Below, piece after piece: positions 42,021 through 52,780 of a stretch of 64,000 nt of DNA. A model generated the notes under the pieces. That model had not been told where the DNA came from. It saw only the letters and a program-made list of their open reading frames with translations, and ran no database searches. Both the position numbers and the translations under genes were made by a program. The stretch lies in assembly GCA_000091205.1 (NCBI GenBank), contig AP006488.2; one strand, 5' to 3'. Positions within the stretch are counted from its first letter, which is position 1. The number at the start of each line of letters is the position of its first letter. Source of the stretch: Cyanidioschyzon merolae. Its lineage: Eukaryota.

Positions 42021-44914
42021 GTGCTGTGTCTTTAGAACACACTCCGTTTTGGGAATCCGAGTGCGCTGCGGCTTCAGCTTACGTACAACGAATAGCGCCG
42101 AGATGAAAAAGTTCGGCGGTGGACGTGCCCTGCGAACAAGTTTGCCTGATGTTTGCTCAGGCTACGGTTTGTTTTACGTAGACTCGTGCTACCTTAAATG
42201 GAATCGGGACTGAAACACAGACGGTGAAGGTGGTTGATTCCGTTTTTTGTGCTTGTCGTCAAGAACAGCTTTTCGAGGGCTTTTTCGGTGTCTGGTTCCT
42301 TTTCCCCTGGCTCTCTCGTATCTCCGGCTGCGTTGTCAGCAGTTGAAGCGAGTTCAAGCCAGCATTCAAGTCTGACTAGAGAGCTTCTGGTTGCTGTCGA
42401 CTTGTTTCACTCATGCACTGACCAAAGAGAAGATCTGTGCTTGGCTTGCAAGGTTCATCCTGATGGTATCCAGCCTCGATCGACCTTGCACAGCGGTGAA
42501 ACATGGTTGTGGTTGGACGTTCCTTTGCATATTAACCAAACCTGCTCCTGTGAGAGCCACGCTGTAGCGCGTGAATGCTTGCTTTATCGCTCGGCAGAGG
42601 TTATGAACGATCACGGGAGGCTTATAACGGTGGTTCTGTGTGTGATTCCGCAGCAGCTGTTGCGCCTAGAGATAACAGGCTGGTTCTGGACTGGCCTTTC
42701 GGAGGGTACGCTGTCCGCTGCATACGCTCGTACATGCTCTTCCATTCGTCAGAGCATACGCGAAACACGACGTTGCCTGTGATAGACGCAAGGATCGGTA
42801 GATACGTCCCGGGCCGTAAAACAAATCGAAAGCTTTCAAAGCAGCAACGCTGCCGTCTTCCGATTCTGTGACGTCGTTTGCACTGCAAGCCATCGTTGCA
42901 ATGATGACGATCCAAGAGACTTGTTTGTTCAAGCTGAAGAAACAAGAGCCTCTGAGAGCATATCCCGTGACAGGGATCATGCAGCTGCTGCTGCCCACTG
43001 CGTCGTCGATGGCTCCAACCAGGCGAGGATATGTGTTCCGTACCGAATCGATGATAGGAAGTGCCAAGAGCGTCCCGAATCTGGCATGGCCTTGTGAAGA
43101 ATTCGCCAATATATTTTGTCGACCTATATTCCTTATCCATCAAGCGGCACGTATCGCTGCCCCTTTAGGTTGTCTTGAAACATAAACATCGAAAAGGTAA
43201 AGAATATGTCATTTGAGCATGCCACTCATGGGGAATCGAGAGGAATCGAGGCTTTTCCACATGAATCGGATGCTGGTATCGTTTCTGTTTTTTGCCAGAT
43301 CCTGCTTGAAGACATTGCGAGCGATCTTTGTGGCGGTAGCGTAACGTATTCAAGGAAGAGCGCGTCGGCTGAGAACTGCCAAACAAGCAACAGAGGATCC
43401 CAAAAACCTCAGAATGGATCCGAAAAACTTTAGAGCTTCAGTCTTGATGTTGAAGGTATACAGCAAAACAATTTCAGGGAAAAAAGCGCATGGCAGGGAC
43501 ATAGCGGGCAGTGCTGTGTTCCGTCTGCATCTGACATGGATGCACGGTTTTGTGACCGCTTCGGTGTGCAGCATTTGCCGTGTTGGACTTGCACGAGCAA
43601 TGTACTTGGATTCTGTCGACCGGTAACGGGCGTCGGATGACCAGTGGCTGTGGACGCTTTCGACGCCACGCTGAAACGGCTGCCGCAAATGGGAAACGCG
43701 AGCCGGCTCGTTGCTTCGAACTACAAGTCGCTAGAGTCTACGGAACGTTCTTGGACGGTTTAAGGGGTGCAACCACCATCACGCCAACCTCGAGCGCGTC
43801 GATGCGTTCGCAGGTATATTCAGATAGCGCACGAGGCGCTGGGCAGTGTCCCAGTGCGCTTCGCATTCGACCAAGCATAGCGTTTTGCCAGTTTCTTGCC
43901 GCGCTTTGCATGCAACGCAGTGAAAACAACAAATGAGTTGCTTTTGGGGGCAGAAACGCCGAAAGCCGTGGTGTGCGATGTGACCTCCCGATCAAAGTCG
44001 CCGCGCAAAGCCGTTCAATGCACGAGGAGCGCTGCGTCCATGGGGCGCAACGTCGCTCGTGACAGCGGCAATGGAGCGAACCTTTTATCGGCCAATGTTG
44101 CTGCATACCAACAGATCATCGTGAACAAGACGAATCCCGGCGTTTGCGCCCTAGAGCAAACAAGGCAATGGCTGCGCGATTCATACCTAGCACCCAGCAG
44201 AGGGAACTGTCCCCGCATCTCGCGAACGCTTGAACGCCCCCACTAGCCGCATGCGTTCCGTGCGCTGGTACCTTCGGGGCATCACGCACGCGGGCACCTC
44301 TGTGAGTTACACGCTTCCAGCGACTAGGAACTAGTTGCGACGTATGCGTGCCGCATCTCCTGTACTCGCGTTGGCGCAGCAGGAGTCAGTAAAAGTTCTA
44401 AACAGTTTGGGCGTGAACACGGCATCCTATCCCTGGACGCATGCGGCAACAACGCAGCTGCATAGATGCTCGACGTTGACGCGGAATCCGAGCCCTGTAA
44501 CTGACGACGATGGCTACGCGATTTCTACCCGTGCTATCTCGTACCAGAATGGTTCAGCCTCTGGGCCATAGGCCTGCACTAGAGCCGAATCTCGACGTAT
44601 TCAACATGTCCAGGGAAGCCAAGGAATGATGCCCAGCAAGCCGTGGAGCAGCATGTGCCTCTGACTCCGACAGGCACGCTTGCGCTGTGGATCACCCAAG
44701 CGTCGTCCACGGGCAGCGCTGGTTTTTCCCCTGGGTCAACGCTGCTCGTGGAGAATCTCACGCGCTTGCCGATTCGCTTCCATATATCACACACGCGATA
44801 AAGCCTTTCAATGGTGCGGTCGAACGAATACATCGAATGACCTTGTGCTTCGATTGCCGACTGGGGCTGCCCAAGAACACGGTCCATGTTCACCCGTTGG
44901 GTTCTCTGCGAGCC

Positions 44915-45613
44915 TCACTGCTCGACGCGAGTCCATTCTTGTAAAGTTTTTCGCAGCTCTGCGAATTCTTCGCGGTCAACAGCATGACCGAGGCCTTGCA
45001 CCGTTCGAAACGATACCTCGAAGCCAGGGGCCAGGTTCTGGCGCAGAAGCTCCGCGGAGTGGACGCCCCAGTGGTAGTTCACGATCTCGTCTTGGTCACC
45101 GTGCCACAAAGCGATACGACCTTTGCGCCTACTTTTGGGAACTGCAGCGAATACCTCGTTCCGCAAGGCAAGCCAAGTACTGAGTCCCGCAAAGCCGCCC
45201 AGGTCCCGCTCGCTGCGTAGGTATGCTTGCAAAGCGATCGCACCGCCCTGTGAAAACCCCCCCAAAAAAATCCTCTCGGGTCGCACACCCTCGTTTGTGC
45301 ACTCCTCTTCGACAATCTTTAAAATCCGTGAAACTGAGCGCAGAATGCCCTCACGATCCTCGCGAGCGTTCTCGCTGAGGGAGTAAATATCGGCCCAAGC
45401 TGGCATCCGCGTACCAAAGTTGAGGGTCACGGGAACCGTGTCCGCCGTTGGAAGTATAACCCGTGTGCTGGACAGCCTCAGTTCTGGCACTGCAGAGCTC
45501 CAGCCATCTGCGGTATCACCGAGACCGTGCAGCCATACCAGCGTTGCCGTGTGCTTGCCTCGGAGCGGCTCGAAGGTCTTCCCCGCACCGCCGTGTGCGT
45601 CGCCTCGCGGCAT
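44915..45613 (-). CDS. Acyl-protein thioesterase / lysophospholipase (LYPLA1/APT1 family alpha/beta hydrolase); the ORF extends to 45895 but the likely start is the Met at 45613
   Basis: TLVWLHGLGDTADGW…GGFSQGGAIAL (nucleophile elbow GxSxG)…LWHGDQDEIVNYHWG…GLGHAVD (Asp/His). The ~230-aa length is typical of APT1. Confidence 0.8.
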   Translation of the reverse strand: MPRGDAHGGAGKTFEPLRGKHTATLVWLHGLGDTADGWSSAVPELRLSSTRVILPTADTVPVTLNFGTRMPAWADIYSLSENAREDREGILRSVSRILKIVEEECTNEGVRPERIFLGGFSQGGAIALQAYLRSERDLGGFAGLSTWLALRNEVFAAVPKSRRKGRIALWHGDQDEIVNYHWGVHSAELLRQNLAPGFEVSFRTVQGLGHAVDREEFAELRKTLQEWTRVEQ

Positions 45614-46305
45614 AGTACTCGTGAGGAAGCGCAACCTACAACCAAACGACAACGTTCTTCTCTCCTTCGATGCGAGTAGTCTAGCGCGGCACAGCGCCAC
45701 CAAACCGATACGCCGCTCTGTACACCGAACACCTGCCTCCTGCAACAGAAAAGCCACCATGGAACGATTCCTCGATGGGATGCGGTCGCTCGTGGGTAGG
45801 CGCGCTGCAATGGCACCCACGCGAATGCCTAGGCGACGTCGTAACCTGGGATGTCTAATATATACAAGATTGTACTGGATCGTGGAGCAAGTCATTCGCG
45901 CCAGCTGCTCATGTTTCCGGCTGAAGAGAGCCGGCGCACCAACGGGGCATCCCGCCGACTCGCCATCACTGGACGGAGCGCGCGCACCGAGCGCGCATGG
46001 GTGCGTTGGTGCTGCGGGCGGCCTCAGCGCACGGCAAGATCCATACTATACATTAATGAACGTGTTTGTACGAGATGGACAGGAACGGATCCGCAATGCG
46101 CACGCACGCGCAGTGGCGTGTCGCTGGCGCACGAGCGCGCCGACAGAGCAGGCAGCGTACCGCTGGCGCTCAGCGTGCTCCATAGCGTGGGTGCCCGCTG
46201 CAACATACCAGGAAAGAGTCTCGAATGTATGGGTAGCTGGATGTTCTAAGCAGAATTCACGCGAAAACTCGCGAAGCAGCGGTGGCGAAGAGCAAAGGTT
46301 GAACC

Positions 46306-47784
46306 ATGCACAAGCCGTCCTCTGAGCGAATTCCCAGCCAGTGGCAGAACAATGCGTACCCGAAGCCGCAAACTTCCTGGCAGGTGAGCAATGCCCCGCA
46401 AACTTTAGAGCATGATCTAGAAGCAGAGTCGCTTATTCATACTGCTGCAGCGGCAGCGGCAGCGGCCTCGGGTTGCGTGGCGCAAGTGCAAGACCTCGAG
46501 CGAAGGCTTGCGGCGGACGCCGGCCTGCGCCCCCTGGCCACGACACCTCTCCGCTACATTGAATCTGCCTTGGATCTGGAGGCGTTTCTAAGTGACATTC
46601 TTGCGGACATCGAACCAACGACAGAGAACAGTGTCTCGGGTTCCGTCTCGGGAACCGGGTCGTCCGGACTCAGCCTCGACAAAACCTGCGCTTTCAAAAA
46701 GGCGGTCGCAATCGATCTCGAAGCACACTCGTACCGCAGTTATCAAGGTTTCGTTTGCCTCGTACAGATCAGCTCTGTTGACTGTGATGCAGTTATCGAT
46801 GCGCTGGCTCTGCGTTCCGCGCTCGCGGACCCGTCAGGCGCTTTCATTCGCCTGCTTCGACACCCGCGTGTCGTGAAAGTGATGCACGGTGCGGACTCGG
46901 ACGTTCTCTGGCTGCAGCGGGATTTTACGCCTGCGGCGCGCATCGTGAATCTTTTTGATACGGCTCGAGCAGCCCAACTGCTGGGCGAACCGAGCGTATC
47001 TTTGGCGCACCTCATCAGCTGCTACGCGCGCGATGAGGATCGAACCGCAGACCCCGCATCGCTCCGCAACGGATCCCGCGACGCCTTGGCCTCCGAGAAA
47101 CGCGTATTTCAGGTAGCAGACTGGCGCATTCGGCCGTTACCATCGAGTATGCTCCATTATGCCAGACAGGATACGCACTATCTCCTGTACCTTTACCGAG
47201 TCCTGAGCACCAGGCTTGTTCAGGAGACTGACCCAAACTCGCCCGAGACGAACCGCCTGCAGCAGCTGTGGCTCAAGTCTGCGGATGTCGCGCTACGCCG
47301 CTACGCGTTGCAAGAGGTTGCTGCTGATGCGCATTTGAAAGTGGCCCGGCAGTACAAAGCGATGTTGTCGGATACGATGCTTCCACTACTGAGAGACTTG
47401 ATTCACTGGCGCGATCAAATCGCGCGAGAGGCAGACGAAAGTCCGCCATACGTGTTTCCGAATCATTTTCTGATCGCTTTGGTGCGGGAGACTCCGCGTT
47501 CCCCGTTTCAACTTGACAAGTTGCTGCGCAGGCTTGGGCTTGCACGCGGCAGATGTCTGCTGTCCAGATCGACCAAGTGTGCGCGGCGGTTACTGGCACT
47601 GATCCGAGCGCGTCTTTCTGTGGCTCGCGCTCCGGGGCGCCGTCATGCGCTGCACAGCCAGCGACCTGCCGTCGAGCGACTTGCCATCGAGGCGTCGGGG
47701 GTTCGACCGCCTTGGCGCCGTCCCGGCACGCAAGCGACGTCACATCAGAGACGACATGAGGAGGACGACCGACGCCCAACTTAA
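46306..47784 (+). CDS. RRP6/EXOSC10-like 3'-5' exoribonuclease (DEDDy exonuclease + HRDC), short form lacking PMC2NT
   Basis: The Exo motifs are AIDLEAHSYRSYQGFVCLVQIS (Exo I, DxE), KVMHGADSDVLWLQRDF (Exo II) and YARQDTHYLLYLY (Exo III, Y-x3-D). The HRDC-like segment is LRDLIHWRDQIAREADESPPYVFPNHFLIALV. Confidence 0.7.
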   Translation: MHKPSSERIPSQWQNNAYPKPQTSWQVSNAPQTLEHDLEAESLIHTAAAAAAAASGCVAQVQDLERRLAADAGLRPLATTPLRYIESALDLEAFLSDILADIEPTTENSVSGSVSGTGSSGLSLDKTCAFKKAVAIDLEAHSYRSYQGFVCLVQISSVDCDAVIDALALRSALADPSGAFIRLLRHPRVVKVMHGADSDVLWLQRDFTPAARIVNLFDTARAAQLLGEPSVSLAHLISCYARDEDRTADPASLRNGSRDALASEKRVFQVADWRIRPLPSSMLHYARQDTHYLLYLYRVLSTRLVQETDPNSPETNRLQQLWLKSADVALRRYALQEVAADAHLKVARQYKAMLSDTMLPLLRDLIHWRDQIAREADESPPYVFPNHFLIALVRETPRSPFQLDKLLRRLGLARGRCLLSRSTKCARRLLALIRARLSVARAPGRRHALHSQRPAVERLAIEASGVRPPWRRPGTQATSHQRRHEEDDRRPT

Positions 47785-48683
47785 GTGGAGCAGCGGCGCC
47801 ACCGAGGGCGCACACCCGTTGGAAAGCCAGGAGCGTCTCAGAGAGGCGCTGTGCTCGATCGCAAGGGCGGTATTTTCTGACGTGCTCTTCTCGTTGACGT
47901 CTCGTTGTGTCTGGAATCGACAAGCAGCTGACCTTGTTATGAACACGAATGTACCGAAGCTTTTCATGGGTGTGTGCATGTGTCAGCGGAGCTACGATGT
48001 CCATGTGTGCGGTCGTCTTACGAATCACGCGCGCTTCGTATGCGGATATCGCGGTCCAGTACAAACGCTGCTTTGCCTGTAATGCAGCGAGCCCAGCGCT
48101 AAAGACGATACCTTCGATGATGATTCGGGATACAATGCCGGGCCCAGTGGACGAGTTCCAAAGGAAGCCGTTCGGTGACACATGGAATGCAGGTGCCGCA
48201 GGACCTGTGCACCTTGCACCTGCCTGGACGATGGACGCTTTCGCGTGTATCGACGGTACAATCTATGAACGCGTTCCTCGCAATGCGACGAGAGCTTTGA
48301 AGACCCGTTCGGGAAGAAATCTACGCCGGTCGCTTCGCAGACTCGATCCCAACGGCGCTGGGTACTTGAATTCGGCGGAGTGCGTCTGGACGAATCCATG
48401 AAAGCCCATCAACAGCAGTGCGATGCCTCCAAGGATCGCACACCGGCCACGACGGACACTGGACTGAAGTCGTCCAGAGGCACCCTTTTACCCCCGTTAC
48501 GTAAACTCTTTATAGATAAGAAATGGCGGTGCGCAGCGCTGCGCTTGTCGCGGCCATACAACCTTCGAAAACGCTCCCAAGCGCTCGGTCCTGTCATGTT
48601 CTCCGCACGCACTGATTACAGCCCGTCTAGCCAGATACGACGTATGCGCTGCGCAAGTTGCTTGTTCGAAAGCATGCTGCGCT

Positions 48684-49388
48684 CTAGATCGATTCGATCT
48701 CTCGCTCGAGCTCTTCGATGATGGGTTCGTTCCGCACGAACCAGGACTTGAGGCCCTCGAATAACTGAAAGCGTTTGGGTTTTGGCTTCTGCTTTGGCGT
48801 CTCGTCCGTGTCTTGGGCGACGACCTTTTGGAAAGAGACTTTGGGCGCTTGCTGGATTTTGCGTTCATGCTCTTTGATGCGCTGCTCTGCAGTCTTGATA
48901 CCGTCCGTGTTGCGGAGCACGTCTGCGTACGCATCGGCATCGAGGGAGGCGATCTCCGCTTTGAGCGCATCGAGCTCTTTGCGCAGTGCGTCAGCGCTCA
49001 TCGTTTCGATGTTTTTCGAGTTCGTGCTCCCGACTTGCTCTCTGTTCACTTCGGGAGTGGCCATATCATGCGCGAACGAGCGCCACATCGAGAGCGAGTC
49101 ATCCCTCTCTTTACTTTCAGCAATCTGCAGTTGCCGGTGCACAAGTAGGATGCGGAGCTTGAGTTGCTGCACACGAGCAGCCCTTTCCTCTGCTGACAAG
49201 GACGGGGTTTTCTTTGGGGTCTTCCCCTCGGTTTTCGGTTTGCGGGGTGCCGAACCTTGCGGTTCCGCCCCGGCGGCAGCGGCTCGCAGCGGGCTCCGGG
49301 CTCTAGCACCCGCGCGCCGACACGTGGCCACCCGCTGCACTGCCATACCCGTAGACTTGCGTTGGATCCCTGTAGCGCTCACAAACAT
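48684..49388 (-). CDS. Hypothetical coiled-coil protein with basic Lys/Pro-rich N-terminal half
   Basis: 234-aa ORF with GC3-biased codon usage similar to neighbours. It has predicted heptad-rich segments (LRKELDALKAEIASLDAD…EQRIKEHERKIQQ). No family assignment. Confidence 0.3.
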   Translation of the reverse strand: MFVSATGIQRKSTGMAVQRVATCRRAGARARSPLRAAAAGAEPQGSAPRKPKTEGKTPKKTPSLSAEERAARVQQLKLRILLVHRQLQIAESKERDDSLSMWRSFAHDMATPEVNREQVGSTNSKNIETMSADALRKELDALKAEIASLDADAYADVLRNTDGIKTAEQRIKEHERKIQQAPKVSFQKVVAQDTDETPKQKPKPKRFQLFEGLKSWFVRNEPIIEELEREIESI

Positions 49389-49696
49389 AGTTCTATACCC
49401 CGATTAATTTCTTTTCAAGCGAAGGTATTAAACAAGAAACAAAATGGTGCTAGCCGCAGTTGAACGAAACGACGTTCGCAAAGCGACACAAGGCCAATGC
49501 TTGTGCGCACTTCTCCGAGTCCATTTTCAAACGGATATCTTCCGGATGCGTGCAAGGGAAACGCAATGCGCGGCACGCACGCATGCATGCATGCGGCGAT
49601 CGCCGGACAGCAATCTGCTCAGATTGCCAACGCACGTGCGTGTCCGTTTGCCGCCAAACACTGGAATCGGCGCTGTTGCTGCGGGCATTCGCGACG

Positions 49697-49720
49697 CAGG
49701 CAGGCAGGCAGGCAGGCAGG
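49697..49720. repeat. (CAGG)6 microsatellite
   Basis: caggcaggcaggcaggcaggcagg. Confidence 0.9.
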
Positions 49721-52700
49721 CTCGGTGCGCCGCCCGTGCCGCAACCAAGGTCATCTGGCAGAGGGCTGCTGCCGATGCGCGCTCGTTGAGGTCATCATCA
49801 GAAAGGCAGTGTTAGAGCAGCGCAATGCACGCAAGGGTCATGCCATTCCCTGCGATCTGATGAACATGATTCTCGCGCATAGACGTTGGTAAAGTGAACG
49901 ATTTTCGTCAACGTGCTGCTAGCTGCAGCGCGACGGCCTTGCACAGTCTACCTCGCTAGCTACCTGTTGGCGTCTGATGTCGCGGTGCACGAGTAACGAC
50001 ACCTACAGGTGCGTATGGACGTCGAGCGCGACAAAGCGCATCTGAGAGTTCGCAGGCACTGTGCTGCACTGTGCTGTGCGCTATCATCGGTTCATCGTTT
50101 CGCCAGCGTCCGAGCATCGCCGCGCAGCTCGTCCGTGCTGACAGATGCGGGGAGGAGGAAAAGCGTGAGCTGCCGCCGCTAGTCCACGGTTTTCGCATAC
50201 GCAATTTATATGTCATGTTCATGGACGTAGCCCTGGATACACACGTAGCCACTACACCGAGAGAACGACAGCTGCATGCGCCTTGAAGATGCGCTGCCGG
50301 GGCTGTCTCTCGCGAAGGTTTATGCTTGCCTGTGCTGTTTCGCTTGCGTCTATCCAAGAGTGCTGGTACCGGCTAGGTCGTTGCTTTGTCATACAAACTT
50401 GGTTGCGTGCAGCTATCGTAGAGGGCCAGGGGAGTCATCGGCCGCTTGAAACCCGCACCAGTGGCGCGGCACTGCAATATCTGGGGTGTCATGACCACAG
50501 GGACCTTGGCGGGCGCGCTACGTGCTACAAGGTCTGGTGAAGCCCGCAGCGGGCAATACATGCCCTTCGACTGCAAAAAGATGTGCAGCCAATGCCTCGA
50601 TACCTGGCAACTATGCGTCACGCTCGATGTCTTGGGTACGTGTACCATTCCTGTACGCCTACGTCGTTCAGTGGGGACGCCTGTCCACTGTGTAGTGCTA
50701 TTTGTTGCGCACTCGTTTCTGATGCTCTAAAAGACGTGCGACAAGATCGAGCTATTATGCATTGGTATTTGCTGACAGCGCGATTCAGTTTGAGAGGTGT
50801 TCTCCTACATACTTCAGGGGATTCTTGTCGAGCGCTGTAAGCAAACAGCTACCACCACACAGTTTTCAGGATTGATGCTCAACCATAGACCGGGTATGGC
50901 GAAAAGGCAGCGGTGCTCGTCCACATGGTATTTGTTGTCCTGTATCGGCATCTTTTGACATGGGCACTTGCCTGCGCTCGTTGCAATTCAGGGATTGCCT
51001 CCACATGATCATTTTTCGTCTGCCGAGAACACCTTTGCCATGGATACTCCACTGCAGTTTCTGCGGTTTGCGCAATGCAAATTTGGAGATGAGACTCGAT
51101 GCAATCTACAGCCCTGTCAGATGAAAAAAGTCCGGGAACGGCTCGCTGTCCCGACACCATTGGATTCGAACCGAGCTGGTGGATACGAACAACCTCGACG
51201 TTTCCAGCGCAGCAGCGACAGTCTGCGGATTCATACGTACCATGTGAATTCTCCGCCAGAATTAGGAGGTGGCTTGTTCAACTCTTCTTCGCCGCTGGGA
51301 TTACTGATGCCGCTAGAGACATGATGGCTCGCGATGGAATCCAACAAAGGCTCGTAAAGTAGCCGATGTAATTTCCCATTGCATACGTGCAAGCATCTAT
51401 GATTCTCCTTTCCCCAACGGGTAGCATGTCCGTATCACGCAATTTCCATGGCGTGAATCTTTCTGTATCCATGCAACTCATGAGTGCACCAACTGGCGAC
51501 GTCGGATTGACGACGAAGAGCACTCGACAGTGTGAGCGGAGGACTTGTTCTCAACTCATGCAGAAGGTTAACTGAGTTTACTATGGCACATTATCAGTTC
51601 CGTTCAACTGAAAAATCCCCCTTTTTACAGTCATCAATGGAACGACATTCTTCACCATTACGGTACCCGACGTCGAGTATGATCGCTCAGAAGCTGCCGA
51701 CTCTTGTGCTTGCTTCGATGAAGGTCATGGTCGCGGACTACGAACGTCGATGAGATCGCACCGAATGGAGCGTGCGTCACTGCTTGGCATCTACAAGGGA
51801 ACTCGGGCAGAGTGGAATGTCCGACTCCATCTCCAGCCTTGGTTCTTGATCTGGTATTTTCTTCATCACGGACAAGAGCTCGTTCCAGAAATCCTCTGTA
51901 AAACGAGGATTGCGCGCTCGCACGTGCTGCTAGTGGAGCACTTACTGGGCGTACAGATCAGATAGGGGCCCGTCACCGTTGCATACGGTTACGGACGCAG
52001 AACCGGAGTCGATGATCGATAATTGCCCTCTGCACGGATCAACGATACGTACGGAGCGTTGAAGCAGGCTTTCACACGCGACTGGGCAGCGGTCGAAGAA
52101 GAAGGAGCAATGGACATACGAGAATACCTCGCCTCAGTTGAATGACATTGCAAAGAATTTTGTACCGAGGCCGCGTACCTAGAAGATGCAAATGGCAAGT
52201 AACGTAGAGATGGCTACTGCCGTCTGTGAACGGAAAGCACCACCAGCAGCCAGAGGCGGCGAAAGCATGTCTTGATACTACCACACACGTCCTGATGTTG
52301 CTGATAAAGAGGTTGGAGCGAGTGGAGAGATCGGCGACCTAGAATTCCGGGAACAGGAGCAAGATGACAAGGTAGCAGTCACAGAGAAAGCCCATACGGA
52401 TCGATATCGATGCCAGCGGGAAGAGAGCCAACCTTTGGTGTAAACGGCCGTGTTAGCTACATAGAACCCGTTCCATTTAACGCTAACATGAATGTCCAAG
52501 CCAACCGTGATCACATAGCCAGCGGCAGAGTACAGCGTATGTGCTGAAGTCGTTGTTGCGCGGAGCAGCATCTCGCACGTGGACACAGCGTGTACCTGAG
52601 CGCTTTCCGCACCGCATTCCCAAGCATGCCCGGCCAGTGATAACAAAGGCGCGCACTACGAACGCTCGACGCGGACCGCAAAGTCCAGTGCTGTGCGTTC

Positions 52701-52780
52701 GAGTCCCTGGTAGCCGCCGCCGCCGCCGCCGCCGCAGCAGCAGCAGCATTGCGAATATGCAGCGTATCAATGCTCGTCTC

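Noticed and set aside
1-47784. Treating the cluster of RNA-processing genes as an operon-like functional unit.
   Set aside because: The genes are on both strands with independent orientations and eukaryotic architecture. Recorded only as a weak co-localisation observation.
47273-48181. 302-aa minus-strand ORF overlapping the 3' half of the RRP6-like gene.
   Set aside because: It is antisense to a conserved exonuclease/HRDC coding region. No homology. Likely a GC artefact.
51150-51180. A 'ggattcgaacc' string that looks like the reverse complement of a tRNA T-arm (GGTTCGAATCC).
   Set aside because: The flanking bases do not form a T-stem (only 3/5 pairs). No acceptor or anticodon stems could be built around it. 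Likely chance.
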